Positions 47,313-60,675 are shown, counted from the first letter of the stretch. The stretch: 64,000 nucleotides of DNA from an uncultured Planctomycetota bacterium (GCA_963841915.1 CAWJEN010000004.1:1-64000); one strand, 5' to 3'. Translations and numbers: made by a program. The notes: a model not told the origin generated them from the sequence alone.

Positions 47313-47591
47313 GTATCGCCCTTCGTTGGATCTTTCACTTCAACACCCAGCCCGTAGTATGCCCAAACAGATTGCGAATCTCCAGCCACGCGATACATGA
47401 GTTCTTCTCGAACCTTCGCGCCCTAGGAGGCGGAGACTGTGCGACTGTCGAGACCGACCTTTTCCGCCTTGCGCTACGAAGATGGCTTCGAAAGAAACTC
47501 GGCGACACTCGCAACGCCTTCTGATCAAATGGATTGCGAATGCCACCCGCAAGCTCTAGCAGCCCCAGTGCAACCCAGTGCTGATGCGCCT

Positions 47592-48695
47592 CTACGCCGC
47601 TTCGGCGCGGCTGATTGCGGACGCGCGTCGCAGAGTCTCCGCCTGCTGGTCCCAGTTCCATTGGAGCAGGCCATCCACTGGCTGACCTTGTAGCAGGAAT
47701 CCAGGTTCCCACTTGCCGCTGATAGGATCGAATCGCTGCCGCTTCATCGACCGGATATGGGTGCAGGTGTCGATGAGTGTCACGCTTTTGAAGTGCGGGA
47801 TGAGGAGTGGGAGATACGCTCGGCCTCGGACGATCAGGCGTAGCGGACGAGGCACAGAGGACGCGAGCTTGGCGAGCTGCTTCGCGTACCACGGCCCCCG
47901 GGCGACGCGGCTTGTACCGGTGCCGAACTCGAAGGAGAGGAGCGTGACTTCGGGACGATCCGCAACGAAGCTCGTCCATCGCTTGAAATCCTGATCCGTT
48001 CGGCCCTGTAGATGGAGTGCGGCTGGAAGACCGGCATCGACGGCCTCGGCCCAGAGCAGCGCGATGCGCTTCATGTTGTGGAAGTTGTCCTCGCGGGCCA
48101 CGTCGCAAAAGACGCTGAAGTTCGGCGTCGTGACCGCGGCGGGCCGCAGGTCACGCAGGTACTCGATCAAGCCCGACTCACGGCCCACGCTCCACGACGG
48201 TTCGATCAGGTGATCCTTGTTGATGCCGTCGATGATCAGGGGCGTTCCCGGTGCCAGGCGGAAATAGCTCTCGATGGCGGCACGATTCTCCCACCTCGGC
48301 CGGCCCGATCGAAGGTGGTAGAGCTTATGCAGCGGCACCGCGGCGGCCGCGGCCTCGAAGGGGGTCGAGCGGCTTGAGCCGTGGTAGATCATCGGAGCGA
48401 CGTGAGGCAGCGTCTCCACCTTCGTCGGGGCGACTCGCCTGACGTTATCGAGCGTCCAGCCGTTGACCTCCCACATCCGCCGCGCGAGATCCTGCGGCGA
48501 GTGGACCGGGCACACCGCGTTGCATTTGTGCGGCGATCCGCAGCACAGGTCTCGGCAGTTCCAGATCGGAGCCTCCGGCGACAGGCCGCCGCAGATGGCG
48601 AGGTTGCCGCAGTTCGAGCAACCCATGGCCGGACTGGCACCCTCTCGCTGCCAGAGCGTGTCCTCGATTGGAATGATTGGGAGGCTCTTCAGCAC
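47592..48695 (-). CDS. Cys-rich N-terminus + DUF4417-like enzyme domain
   Basis: Eight Cys within about 40 aa; VTTPNFSVFCDVAREDNFHNMKR resembles the DUF4417 TPDFS..D.P motif; GTG start with AGGAAGGA RBS, 1 nt after the upstream stop. Confidence 0.6.
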   Translation of the reverse strand: MLKSLPIIPIEDTLWQREGASPAMGCSNCGNLAICGGLSPEAPIWNCRDLCCGSPHKCNAVCPVHSPQDLARRMWEVNGWTLDNVRRVAPTKVETLPHVAPMIYHGSSRSTPFEAAAAAVPLHKLYHLRSGRPRWENRAAIESYFRLAPGTPLIIDGINKDHLIEPSWSVGRESGLIEYLRDLRPAAVTTPNFSVFCDVAREDNFHNMKRIALLWAEAVDAGLPAALHLQGRTDQDFKRWTSFVADRPEVTLLSFEFGTGTSRVARGPWYAKQLAKLASSVPRPLRLIVRGRAYLPLLIPHFKSVTLIDTCTHIRSMKRQRFDPISGKWEPGFLLQGQPVDGLLQWNWDQQAETLRRASAISRAEAA

Positions 48696-48696
48696 G

Positions 48697-49080
48697 CTAC
48701 TGCTGTCCTTCCTGATCCGACGGAGTGCTGGCGATGTCGAGGATGACGTCGGCGAGACGCAGGCACTCGTCGATGTTTTCGATGATCCCCGTTGTGACCG
48801 GAGCTGGCGCACCTTCCAGCGCCTGAATGAGAGTGGGCGACGTACTGACAGACCGGCCCACTTCGAGACCCTGATGCTCGATGGCGACGCTGCCATTCTC
48901 GCAGAGGCGTACGAGCACGGATGCCCCAGCAGGGACCGATCCCGAGCAGTGGAACGGGAATCGCCGCGCAGCCGGCTTGATCGTCCGGTCGTAAAGTGTT
49001 GGGCTGAACTGCTCCCTCAAGTTTCGGTCGAACGACTTCTTGAAGGACTGCTGCCGCTTCTTGGCTTCGTCAGCTCCCAT
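48697..49080 (-). CDS. Hypothetical protein (N-terminal helix + small beta domain)
   Basis: GAGGAG RBS; start overlaps the end of the STAS gene by 11 nt. Confidence 0.7.
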   Translation of the reverse strand: MGADEAKKRQQSFKKSFDRNLREQFSPTLYDRTIKPAARRFPFHCSGSVPAGASVLVRLCENGSVAIEHQGLEVGRSVSTSPTLIQALEGAPAPVTTGIIENIDECLRLADVILDIASTPSDQEGQQ

Positions 49081-49657
49081 GGGACATCTCCTCGAACAGG
49101 GGTCGGTAGAACTTGGCCCGACCACGCCGGACTTCCATCAAAATGCCCTTGCTGGCCAAGCCGGCAAGGCGGTTGTTCCATCCCGTGTGCCCGATCTTCT
49201 TTGCACCGTGTTCGTGCATCTTCGTAAGGGTTGCTGCGTCAACCTCGCGAATCTCCGAGACTGCTCGGAGAGTCTCTGCCTGCTTGTCTTCCAGCACGCC
49301 CACCAACCGTGGGTTCCGTGGCTCGCCGCGAGCCGGCAGATCGCAGCACACCACGGCGTCGCTGCCGAGAAGCATCCCCAACTCCTCAAGAACGAACTCG
49401 TTGGCGTTGGCGACCACCGGATAGAGGTCTGGCCTCGTCCTACGGCAGTAGTCGCGGAAGCCGAGCACTGCCTGTCGCAACCAGGAGGCGGTCGCGACGT
49501 CCACGTCGCGGAAGTCGAGGAACAGCGTCTCCGTCTCACGCGGTTGTACCGCAGCGGTGCGGGCGATGAGGCGGGAAAGCGTCGCTGCTCCCTCCTCGGA
49601 CCCGGCGACAGCGCCGGTCTGATCAACCTGTCCAAGCTCGTGCATGCTGAAGATCAT
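49070..49657 (-). CDS. STAS-like (DUF4325-like) domain + C-terminal winged HTH
   Basis: AG..EG, LFLDFRDVDVATASWL STAS motif; NNRLAGLASKGIL..RRGRAKFY wHTH; GAAGGAG RBS. Confidence 0.7.
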   Translation of the reverse strand: MIFSMHELGQVDQTGAVAGSEEGAATLSRLIARTAAVQPRETETLFLDFRDVDVATASWLRQAVLGFRDYCRRTRPDLYPVVANANEFVLEELGMLLGSDAVVCCDLPARGEPRNPRLVGVLEDKQAETLRAVSEIREVDAATLTKMHEHGAKKIGHTGWNNRLAGLASKGILMEVRRGRAKFYRPLFEEMSHGS

Positions 49658-49717
49658 TTGGCTCCTTCACATGGAGTACGTGAAAATAGGCGCCTCCGGC
49701 GACGCTGTCAAGCTCTT

Positions 49718-50506
49718 TCACGTCCTGCATGTGACGAACACAAAGAACCCGGTGGCTCGGCTGCGGATGTAGGGGATGGCGTCGGCGGTGGACGGTTCAC
49801 GACCGGCCACCACGACAGCGGCATCTCCGCTGCGCAACCTCATCTCGACGCCAGCTCCTGCAAGCCTCCGCAGCAGCGTGGTAAACCCGTGGCCGCGACC
49901 GCTTCCGGTGCCGAAGCGTGAGACGCCGTCGTTGAACGCGCGGAGGATGGCCTCGCTGTCATCGATCAAGGAGCCGAACTCCGGGTTCGTCCGTAGGCTT
50001 TGCAAGACACCGACCCCTAGATCGGCCACGAAGAACTCGAATAAGCCACCGTTGTAGCGGTAGCCGACGAGAGCGGTGTCCTTGGCCTCGCTGTGGACTT
50101 GGGCGTTGTCCACCATCTCAAGGAAAGCCGCGAGCAATCCCTTCGAGAATGACTTCGTGAAGCCCGCTCGCTCGCCGGCATCGACAAAGCGGCGGAGGAA
50201 TCGCTGCCATGGGTCCTGTCCGCGAGTTTCGACGTTGGTGGGCACGCGGGCGAACTCCGCGGACAGGGCTTGCCAGCTACTTTCTTGAAGCCCTCCCGTT
50301 CGCCAGGCATGTGCGAGTGCATCGACTTGAGGACCACGACTAACTTCTCCGAGGCGTGGCAAGTCTTGACGTTGAGCAGCTCGGATCAGGGCGTACTCGA
50401 CAATGGGACCCAATGCCGAAGCATCCACAGGGTGCGTCTGCCCTCCGGAATGATCAGCAGGGAGTAGCGTCAGGCGATCCACATCATCGAAACCGAACGA
50501 CCTCAT
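49718..50506 (-). CDS. GHKL ATPase / anti-sigma-factor-type kinase-like protein
   Basis: EMVDNAQVHS N-box, VADLGVG G1, GVSR...RGHGF G2, LRSG; no H-box or sensor TM. Confidence 0.78.
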   Translation of the reverse strand: MRSFGFDDVDRLTLLPADHSGGQTHPVDASALGPIVEYALIRAAQRQDLPRLGEVSRGPQVDALAHAWRTGGLQESSWQALSAEFARVPTNVETRGQDPWQRFLRRFVDAGERAGFTKSFSKGLLAAFLEMVDNAQVHSEAKDTALVGYRYNGGLFEFFVADLGVGVLQSLRTNPEFGSLIDDSEAILRAFNDGVSRFGTGSGRGHGFTTLLRRLAGAGVEMRLRSGDAAVVVAGREPSTADAIPYIRSRATGFFVFVTCRT

Positions 50507-50961
50507 CACCGATCCCCAAGTAAACCGCGTGAAGATGTAGTACCCACAGGGGTGCCACACTCTGGCATGCCGCCAGGGTGCCCTAAGCTGCACCTCTAAG
50601 TGTAGATGAGCTGACACTTTCCGACTGCGTACATGTTCTGTGGTCAAACACGAACCGACTCCAGCCTTGAACAGCACTGGGATCGAGTTCAACGTCGCCG
50701 CCGCACAGCCATGCAGCTAGTTTGCGAGACGTCAAGCAGATCGTCTAATCGTCGTTGATGCCCAAGCCGTGACGTCGAAAGACTCGTACGCTGCGCCGCT
50801 TCCACAAGATGAGTCGGCCCCGCTCGTCCTCCTCAACCTTCAGATTCTGGACGCCGGAGTGCGCAAGACCCTTTCGTCTTCGTCGGCAGCCACGTCGCCG
50901 GCTCGACGTATTCGAAGGCCGCCCGCGAAAGCGGGCGGCCTTTGACTGTGTGAGCCTGGTT

Positions 50962-52581
50962 TTACTTCAATCGCTTGTACCCGCCGCCAGGAAGGCGGCC
51001 GCCCCTGTCTCGAAGGTGGCCTCTCGGCGTTGGAAGCGCCGCCTCTCCGTTGAAGATGGCGGCGTACTCCTTCGTCCAGGCCTCGCGCTGCGCCTCGACG
51101 AGCCGCTCCCACTGACGCTCAGTACGCGCGATGTACCTGCGGGTGGCGAGGGTCCTCGCCGAGTGCTGGAGGTGCATCTCTCCGAGGATGTCGTTCATCG
51201 TCAACTCGGTAATGAGCGTGGCGGAGGTTTTGCGCAAAGCGTAGAAGGGCAGCCGCCGAACCTGCGGGCAACGGTCCAGCAGGCGTCGCCACGCGCACGA
51301 CGAGTTGTCAACTCGCTGCTTTTTCCGCTTCTTGTTGATAGTCCAGTAGACCAGTGGTTTGCCGCCCTTCGTCGTGAAGACGCGGTCATGAGGTGAGCCA
51401 GCACCTTCGCCGCTGAGGGCCTTCCGAAACAGCCCTGCGAGCACCGCTGGGATGAAGTGGCGGCCGTACACGTCGGTCTTTCCCCGCCGCCGTCTTATCA
51501 CGGCCGTCCCATCATTGTTGAACTGAATCACCCCTCGCCTGAGGCGCGACAGCTCCATCTGTCCCATCCCCAGCACCAACGCCGCCAAGAAAATCATCAT
51601 CATCCAATCCGACCCAGACTCGACGGCGGCCTTCGACAGCGTGCTCAGCTCGGCGATCGTGAACCGTTCCGGATCGACCCCCGAGGCTTCGGCCTCGGCG
51701 CGGGCGATGTCCGCTTCCGCCTTCTCGTCCTCAGTCAGTAGGTGGGCGGGGCGGATCTTGAAGTGTTTCTCCCATCGCCTTGGACCGGTGGACCAAGTGC
51801 CCGTCTCCTCGGCATGCCGCAGCCCGGCAGCAACGTGCTTGAGACGGTGTTCGATGATTGTCGTCGGCGAAAGCAGCCGTCCGTCGCTCCTCCCAGTCTC
51901 GCGCCTGCACAGCACGCTCACGAGGACTCCGACCTCGCCCGGCGCGTCGAGCTTCTTGATCGGGAAATCTGGAATGTTGAGGAGGATCGCGTTTTCGACC
52001 TCACTGCGGACGGAGGCCGCGGTTGCATCTCCGACCGTTGCACTGGCATCGAGCTGGTCGAGGTACGAGCGCATGACCCCATGGAAGGTGACGGCGGCGG
52101 TCTCATTACGGTGTTGAAGGTAATCGTGCGGAAACGCTTCGAGCGCCTTGAGCATGTCAGCAGCACGATCCGGATCACAGCCGTTGAGTCCGCCGAGTGG
52201 CGCGAACAGGCGGTCCAGCCCCGTTTGTACGAGGCGCTTCTGCGCCTGCTTCGCGGCCACGGTCGGATCCGTGGCATCTCCGTCCGCAAATCGGCGGGCG
52301 GCAGCGATGTCCAGGTCGCTCCATAGATTTTGCCCCTTCGCCTCAAGAGCGTCCCAGAACGCTTTCAACGCTCGGGCCTGCCGATCCGCATCGGGCTTCG
52401 GCACTGTCGAAGCAGACCCGAAGTAGAACGGCTTCGGCTTGGCTGACCCGTCGCGGCCGAGGTGGTGGCCGATCATGGCTCGCCACTGGCCATTGGTTGC
52501 CGTCACAGATGGGACGATGGAGGCACGTCGGCGCGGTGGGCGACGACGCGGGGACTGGTTCGAGTTAGCACTTTCAATCAT
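50962..52581 (-). CDS. Tyrosine recombinase/integrase (atypical active site)
   Basis: LGMGQMELSRL box I, RGKT, FYALRKTSAT box II, LQH...RRY; adjacent to the tRNA att site. Confidence 0.85.
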   Translation of the reverse strand: MIESANSNQSPRRRPPRRRASIVPSVTATNGQWRAMIGHHLGRDGSAKPKPFYFGSASTVPKPDADRQARALKAFWDALEAKGQNLWSDLDIAAARRFADGDATDPTVAAKQAQKRLVQTGLDRLFAPLGGLNGCDPDRAADMLKALEAFPHDYLQHRNETAAVTFHGVMRSYLDQLDASATVGDATAASVRSEVENAILLNIPDFPIKKLDAPGEVGVLVSVLCRRETGRSDGRLLSPTTIIEHRLKHVAAGLRHAEETGTWSTGPRRWEKHFKIRPAHLLTEDEKAEADIARAEAEASGVDPERFTIAELSTLSKAAVESGSDWMMMIFLAALVLGMGQMELSRLRRGVIQFNNDGTAVIRRRRGKTDVYGRHFIPAVLAGLFRKALSGEGAGSPHDRVFTTKGGKPLVYWTINKKRKKQRVDNSSCAWRRLLDRCPQVRRLPFYALRKTSATLITELTMNDILGEMHLQHSARTLATRRYIARTERQWERLVEAQREAWTKEYAAIFNGEAALPTPRGHLRDRGGRLPGGGYKRLK

Positions 52582-52740
52582 GAGGTGGTTGGTCGTGGCG
52601 GCCGCTTGCTAAAGCGGGTCGGCTGTCGATCAACCCCAACGTGCAGCGTGTGCGGACGACCTCTTGGGCCGGCCGAGAGGCGTGTCGAACCGTCCAAACT
52701 GATACAGTATCAGGTGATCTCGCCCCTCCGCCCGCGCACG

Positions 52741-52770
52741 ACAAGCCCCGGCCGGTCGGCCGGGGCTTGT
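52741..52770 (-). terminator. Hairpin downstream of tRNA-Gly, supplied by the element
   Basis: 14-bp perfect inverted repeat ACAAGCCCCGGCCG-gt-CGGCCGGGGCTTGT; U-tract weak. Confidence 0.55.
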
Positions 52771-52791
52771 GGGACAACGACTTAGTCGTCA

Positions 52792-52864
52792 AGCGGCGAA
52801 AGGGGTTCGAACCCTCAACATTCAGCTTGGAAGGCTGACGCTCTGCCAATTGAGCTACCGCCGC
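52792..52864 (-). tRNA. tRNA-Gly(TCC), integration target
   Basis: GCGGCGG acceptor, GCTCAATTGGCAGAGC D-arm, TCAGC-CTTCCAA-GCTGA anticodon arm, GGTTCGAACCC, U73; CCA not encoded. Confidence 0.96.
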
Positions 52865-52966
52865 GACACGGCACGATAGGCCGGTGAAGTCGCGGTCTGC
52901 CAGCCGTCGTCGTCTGATAATGCGTCGGCCTGCCGAAGATTTCCGGGCGGTGACGACGCATGGTGC

Positions 52967-53350
52967 ATGAAGCGCACGCGAGGCACGATGGTGTTAGCAA
53001 TCCTGGTGGCCGGCTGCGCGACGACAGGTCCAAGCCTGCCGATGGAGGGGGCGACGACGGCACCTGTGCCTCGTGATCAGCCGAGACCGGCGGTACGGAC
53101 GGATGACGTGCTGGCGGTGGGGCCGACGCGTTTGCGGCCGTTCGATGCCTCTTTGCCTGCCGCGACGGCGGTTGTTGCCATCGGCGTACGCGTGCCGCTC
53201 GCCCACGAGGTGCGATCGGGCGATACGCTCTTTGCCATCGCCCGTCAGCACCTTGGCAGCGGTGCCCGCTGGCGGGAGCTGCTCGAGGCCAATCCGCGAC
53301 TACCGGCAGACGGCGTCGTGCAGGTCGGGCAAGTCGTGCTCGTGCCATAA
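52967..53350 (+). CDS. LysM domain lipoprotein
   Basis: Lipobox VAGC; HEVRSGDTLFAIAR...W..L.EANP....VGQV.LVP. Confidence 0.88.
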   Translation: MKRTRGTMVLAILVAGCATTGPSLPMEGATTAPVPRDQPRPAVRTDDVLAVGPTRLRPFDASLPAATAVVAIGVRVPLAHEVRSGDTLFAIARQHLGSGARWRELLEANPRLPADGVVQVGQVVLVP

Positions 53351-53359
53351 CGTGCTGCC

Positions 53360-53776
53360 ATGAGCAGCCCGATCCGACTTCAGGTGGAAACGAGTCGGCA
53401 GAGCGAACTCCTAGAGATCACGCGCGACGTCGAGCAGGCCATCGACCGTCTGAGCCAAGGCCGCAGCGGCATTGTAGTGATTTACGTGCCGCATACGACG
53501 GCCGGTGTCGTGGTGCAGGAGAACGCCGACCCGGATGTGCAGCACGATCTGCTCCGCAAGCTCGACGAACTGGTGCCACGCCGCGAGTCGTACTACCGCC
53601 ACGCCGAGGGTAACAGCGACAGCCACCTCAAGGCGGTGATGTGCGGCACGAGCGTGACGCTTATTGTCGAGGCAGGCAAGCCTTTGCTGGGGCGGTGGCA
53701 GGGGATCTACCTGGCGGAGTTCGATGGGCCGCGGTCGCGGGAAGTGGTGGTGAAGGTCATTCTTGACAAGGCGTGA
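53360..53776 (+). CDS. yjbQ: YjbQ/UPF0047 family protein
   Basis: PHTTAG...ENADPDV, H.EGNSDSHLK, LGRWQGIYLAEFDGPRSR. Confidence 0.93.
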   Translation: MSSPIRLQVETSRQSELLEITRDVEQAIDRLSQGRSGIVVIYVPHTTAGVVVQENADPDVQHDLLRKLDELVPRRESYYRHAEGNSDSHLKAVMCGTSVTLIVEAGKPLLGRWQGIYLAEFDGPRSREVVVKVILDKA

Positions 53777-53792
53777 CCGGGCGCAGCAGGAA

Positions 53793-53816
53793 AGCCTGCG
53801 GGTCGAGCCGCAGGCT
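53793..53816. terminator. Hairpin between convergent yjbQ and infA
   Basis: AGCCTGCGG-6nt-CCGCAGGCT, short T run on the minus strand. Confidence 0.55.
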
Positions 53817-53890
53817 GGATGCTGGTTTTGATGTTCGGGTGCAAAGCCACTGATCTGGCGTTGCCGCGGGTGGAGCGGGTCGCCCTTTAA

Positions 53891-54130
53891 CTACCGCTGG
53901 CGGTAGACGATGCGGCCCTTGCTCAGGTCGTAAGGAGACATCTGCACCTTGACCTTGTCGCCCGGCAGGATGCGGATGAAGTGCTTGCGCATCTTGCCGC
54001 TGACGAAGCCGAGGATCTCGTGGGCACCGCCGCCGCCTTCGGGGTCATCGAGGCGCAGCTTGAACATGGCGTTGGGCAGGGCCTGCACCACCGTCGCCTC
54101 CATCTCCATCGTGTCGTCGTCTCGTGCCAC
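53891..54130 (-). CDS. infA: Translation initiation factor IF-1
   Basis: [39 protein letters not shown]. Confidence 0.97.
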   Translation of the reverse strand: MARDDDTMEMEATVVQALPNAMFKLRLDDPEGGGGAHEILGFVSGKMRKHFIRILPGDKVKVQMSPYDLSKGRIVYRQR

Positions 54131-54219
54131 TAAGTCATTCTCCGTAGGGTTGCCCAGCCGGCGTGCAGCGTTGCAGGCGGCGGGAACGCACGATAGTCGC
54201 GCCGGCTGATCATTGCGCC

Positions 54220-55332
54220 TCAGTCGCGGCCTTCACCTTCAAGACTCGCCCGAATGCGCTCGAAGTTCTCGACCCGCCACGCCGGAGCCGTGCCGGCTGC
54301 GACGTCGGGGAAGAACTGCTCGAGTGCCTCCGGCTCGACGCCGACCGGGGCAAACACCTTGATGCCCGGTGTGTCGACGACGTAACCACCCGCATCACCG
54401 GCCAACTTGTATCGGCGGGCGCTGGTGGTCGTGTGCTTACCTTTGCCGTGCGATTCGCTGGTATCGCCGACGCGCAGGTCGATGTCGCGATCGATGGCCG
54501 AGACAAGCGAGCTTTTGCCGACACCACTGTGACCGGCGAGCACGGTCGTCCTACCGGCGAGCAGGGCGCGAAGCGCGTCGAGGCCGTCACCGGTTTCGAT
54601 GCTGGTGAGCAAAGCTGGCACGCCGATCGTGCGGTAATGGGCCATGGCTTCGTCCGTGCCCGCCGCGTCCTCGGCGTGCTCACGAAGATCGCTTTTGTTG
54701 ACCACCACGGCCGGCTTGAGCCCGCCAGTCTGGGCGGCGACGAGCATGCGATCGACCAGGCCCCAACGCGGAAACGGATCATGCATGGCCACGACGATCA
54801 GAAACTGATCGGCATTGGCAACGATCGGGTCGAGCTTGTGATCATCGAAGCTGTCGGCCCGCATCAGCACCGTGTTCCGCGGCTCGACCGCTTCGATGAC
54901 ACCCTCAGGCAACACGTGCGACTGGCCGTCGATCGATTCGCTCTCGGTCAGATTCGTCGTGCCGCCGGTCCGGCGAAACCGCACGCGATCGCCGACGCAC
55001 AGTTCGCCCATCTCCTCGGCGATGACCTGCCGCATCGTTCGGCGGCTGGTGCACAGCAGCAGCTCGCCAGCGTCGTCTTCGACGCTGAGGAACAACGAGT
55101 GGACCTGGATGACTTCGCCGATCGGCAGCGCCTTCTTTGCCGCCGCGTGCCGAGCGTCGGCCATGCGTTCGGTGGCGGTGCGGATGGTCTTGTTCCGCTG
55201 GTGGAACTTGGTTCGCTTGCCGAACTTCTGCGACTGACCACCACGCACATCGTGATCGGCATTGCGACTGCCGCTCTTTTCGTCGAGCAGCAGGTCTCTG
55301 TAGTCTTTGTCTCTCGGGCGACGTTTGGGCAA
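54220..55332 (-). CDS. rsgA: Ribosome small subunit-dependent GTPase A
   Basis: [36 protein letters not shown] (circularly permuted); TTG start inferred; C-terminal Zn finger absent. Confidence 0.92.
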   Translation of the reverse strand: MPKRRPRDKDYRDLLLDEKSGSRNADHDVRGGQSQKFGKRTKFHQRNKTIRTATERMADARHAAAKKALPIGEVIQVHSLFLSVEDDAGELLLCTSRRTMRQVIAEEMGELCVGDRVRFRRTGGTTNLTESESIDGQSHVLPEGVIEAVEPRNTVLMRADSFDDHKLDPIVANADQFLIVVAMHDPFPRWGLVDRMLVAAQTGGLKPAVVVNKSDLREHAEDAAGTDEAMAHYRTIGVPALLTSIETGDGLDALRALLAGRTTVLAGHSGVGKSSLVSAIDRDIDLRVGDTSESHGKGKHTTTSARRYKLAGDAGGYVVDTPGIKVFAPVGVEPEALEQFFPDVAAGTAPAWRVENFERIRASLEGEGRD

Positions 55333-55345
55333 GGGCAGCAGAGTA

Positions 55346-59122
<3,777 letters not shown>

Positions 59123-59167
59123 CGCAGGTTGGGCCGTCGGTCGAGCGGCGGTATCTTGGCAGACGCC

Positions 59168-59935
59168 ATGCTCAAGACCAACGTAGTCCGCCTGCTCACG
59201 ACGTTTCTGCTCCTCGCCCTCGGATTGGCCGGTGGATGTGCCACCGGTCCCGCGATCGACCCCAGTAAGGTTGCCGTGTCACGCCTTAGCGAGATGGAGA
59301 TGCGTCGCGCGGAGCCGTTGGAAGCCCTGTCGCTATTTCCCGCCGATCAGGCTGGCATGACCGACGCAGCCCTGACGGAGGTGCTAAATGGCGAACTGCA
59401 ATTGCCTGACCGCGTCCGCATGGCTGTCGTTCCGGTCGGCGAAACGCCCAGCTTCACCGGCTACGCCCCCGAGTTTGCCGAGCAGAGCCGCCAGCTCGAG
59501 GGCGCGTTCTTCAACACGCTCAGCGACAGCGAGCGGATTGACTACGTACAGAAGCTGCCACAAATGCTCCGTCCGACCCGCATGACGGTGCCCGACCTGC
59601 GAGTCGCTGCCGCCCGGTATCGAGCGGATCTGGTCCTGATCATCCACACGCGCACCCGCACGTACGAGAACGACCGCCTGCTGGGTAGAGATCGCGTTCG
59701 GGCGTTCAGCAGCGTCGAAGCCGTGCTTGTCGACGTCCGCAGCGGCACCATCCCGTTCAGCACTGACACCGTCGAAGACTTCCTGGCAGTGAAGGAGAAG
59801 GGCGATCTGCGGTTCCGCGACACCATCGCCCGTGCCAACCAGGAAGCAGTCGGCAAGGCATGGCTCCGCGTGGCCGGTGAGACGGCAGCGTTCTTGGACG
59901 AGCAGCCCGCGGCCGCTACAGCCGAGGCGAAATAA
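59168..59935 (+). CDS. Hypothetical lipoprotein
   Basis: Lipobox LAGGC; alpha/beta domain with '[10 protein letters not shown]' motif. Confidence 0.7.
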   Translation: MLKTNVVRLLTTFLLLALGLAGGCATGPAIDPSKVAVSRLSEMEMRRAEPLEALSLFPADQAGMTDAALTEVLNGELQLPDRVRMAVVPVGETPSFTGYAPEFAEQSRQLEGAFFNTLSDSERIDYVQKLPQMLRPTRMTVPDLRVAAARYRADLVLIIHTRTRTYENDRLLGRDRVRAFSSVEAVLVDVRSGTIPFSTDTVEDFLAVKEKGDLRFRDTIARANQEAVGKAWLRVAGETAAFLDEQPAAATAEAK

Positions 59936-60611
59936 AACGTCGCTTCACCGCCGACGGCAGGTCGTCAGCCGGTTCAAAGTCTGCCCGATCGCCGACCAGC
60001 TTGAGGTGGCCCAGGCGAACCTTTTTATTCGGGTCGTAGACGTCGAACCCGCCTTCGTCGCTCGGCCGCAACTCGATGGGGTCGCGGTAGCTGAAGGCTG
60101 CGTCCCGCTTGCGAAGGTGGCGCGGCTGAGGCTTGATGGCCGGGTTGATGACGACGGCCGGGTCGAACGGCTCGAACAGCGGACGATCGATGACGCCGGC
60201 GTTGTAGCTCTTGACGCCTCGCCCACTGCCACCGACGTAGGCGAGGTCGGGCTTGCCGTCACCGTCGGCGTCGGCGAGCAAGAACGTCGTGATACCCGGC
60301 CCGCCGAGGCCTGTGCCGATCTGGACGACCTCTTCATCCGTCACGGCAAACGTCTCGTACTCGTAGAGGTCTTCCTTCACACGAAACGTCTGCACGCCAA
60401 GCTGCTCGAACGCGTCCGGCGGCGTCGTCTCCTCCAGCACTAGCTTCAGGAACGTCGACCCGTCGCCCGCCTTGCGCAGCGACTCGACGATGCGTACCTC
60501 CGCATCGGTCAGCACCACCCGTTGCGGCGGCTTGGGCTTCGGGTCACCGGCGCATCCACCGGCGAGGCACGCGACTGTGACGACAAGAGCAGCGACAGAG
60601 CGTGGCAGCAT
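59916..60611 (-). CDS. Hypothetical lipoprotein
   Basis: Lipobox LAGGC; DADGDGKPDL Ca-binding-like loop. Confidence 0.65.
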   Translation of the reverse strand: MLPRSVAALVVTVACLAGGCAGDPKPKPPQRVVLTDAEVRIVESLRKAGDGSTFLKLVLEETTPPDAFEQLGVQTFRVKEDLYEYETFAVTDEEVVQIGTGLGGPGITTFLLADADGDGKPDLAYVGGSGRGVKSYNAGVIDRPLFEPFDPAVVINPAIKPQPRHLRKRDAAFSYRDPIELRPSDEGGFDVYDPNKKVRLGHLKLVGDRADFEPADDLPSAVKRRFISPRL

Positions 60612-60675
60612 GACCGCATCATGCCGCACGCGATTGCCGGTGGCAAAATGGGTGCGACCTGCCGACGATGGGCTT

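Noticed and set aside
49070..50506. Ordinary two-component system
   Set aside because: No H-box/HisKA domain, no sensor and no receiver domain; the partner is STAS-like.
50510..50960. Possible ncRNA between the kinase operon and integrase
   Set aside because: No convincing long stems, repeats or known RNA motif seen by eye; probably promoter sequence, though a covariance search was not possible.
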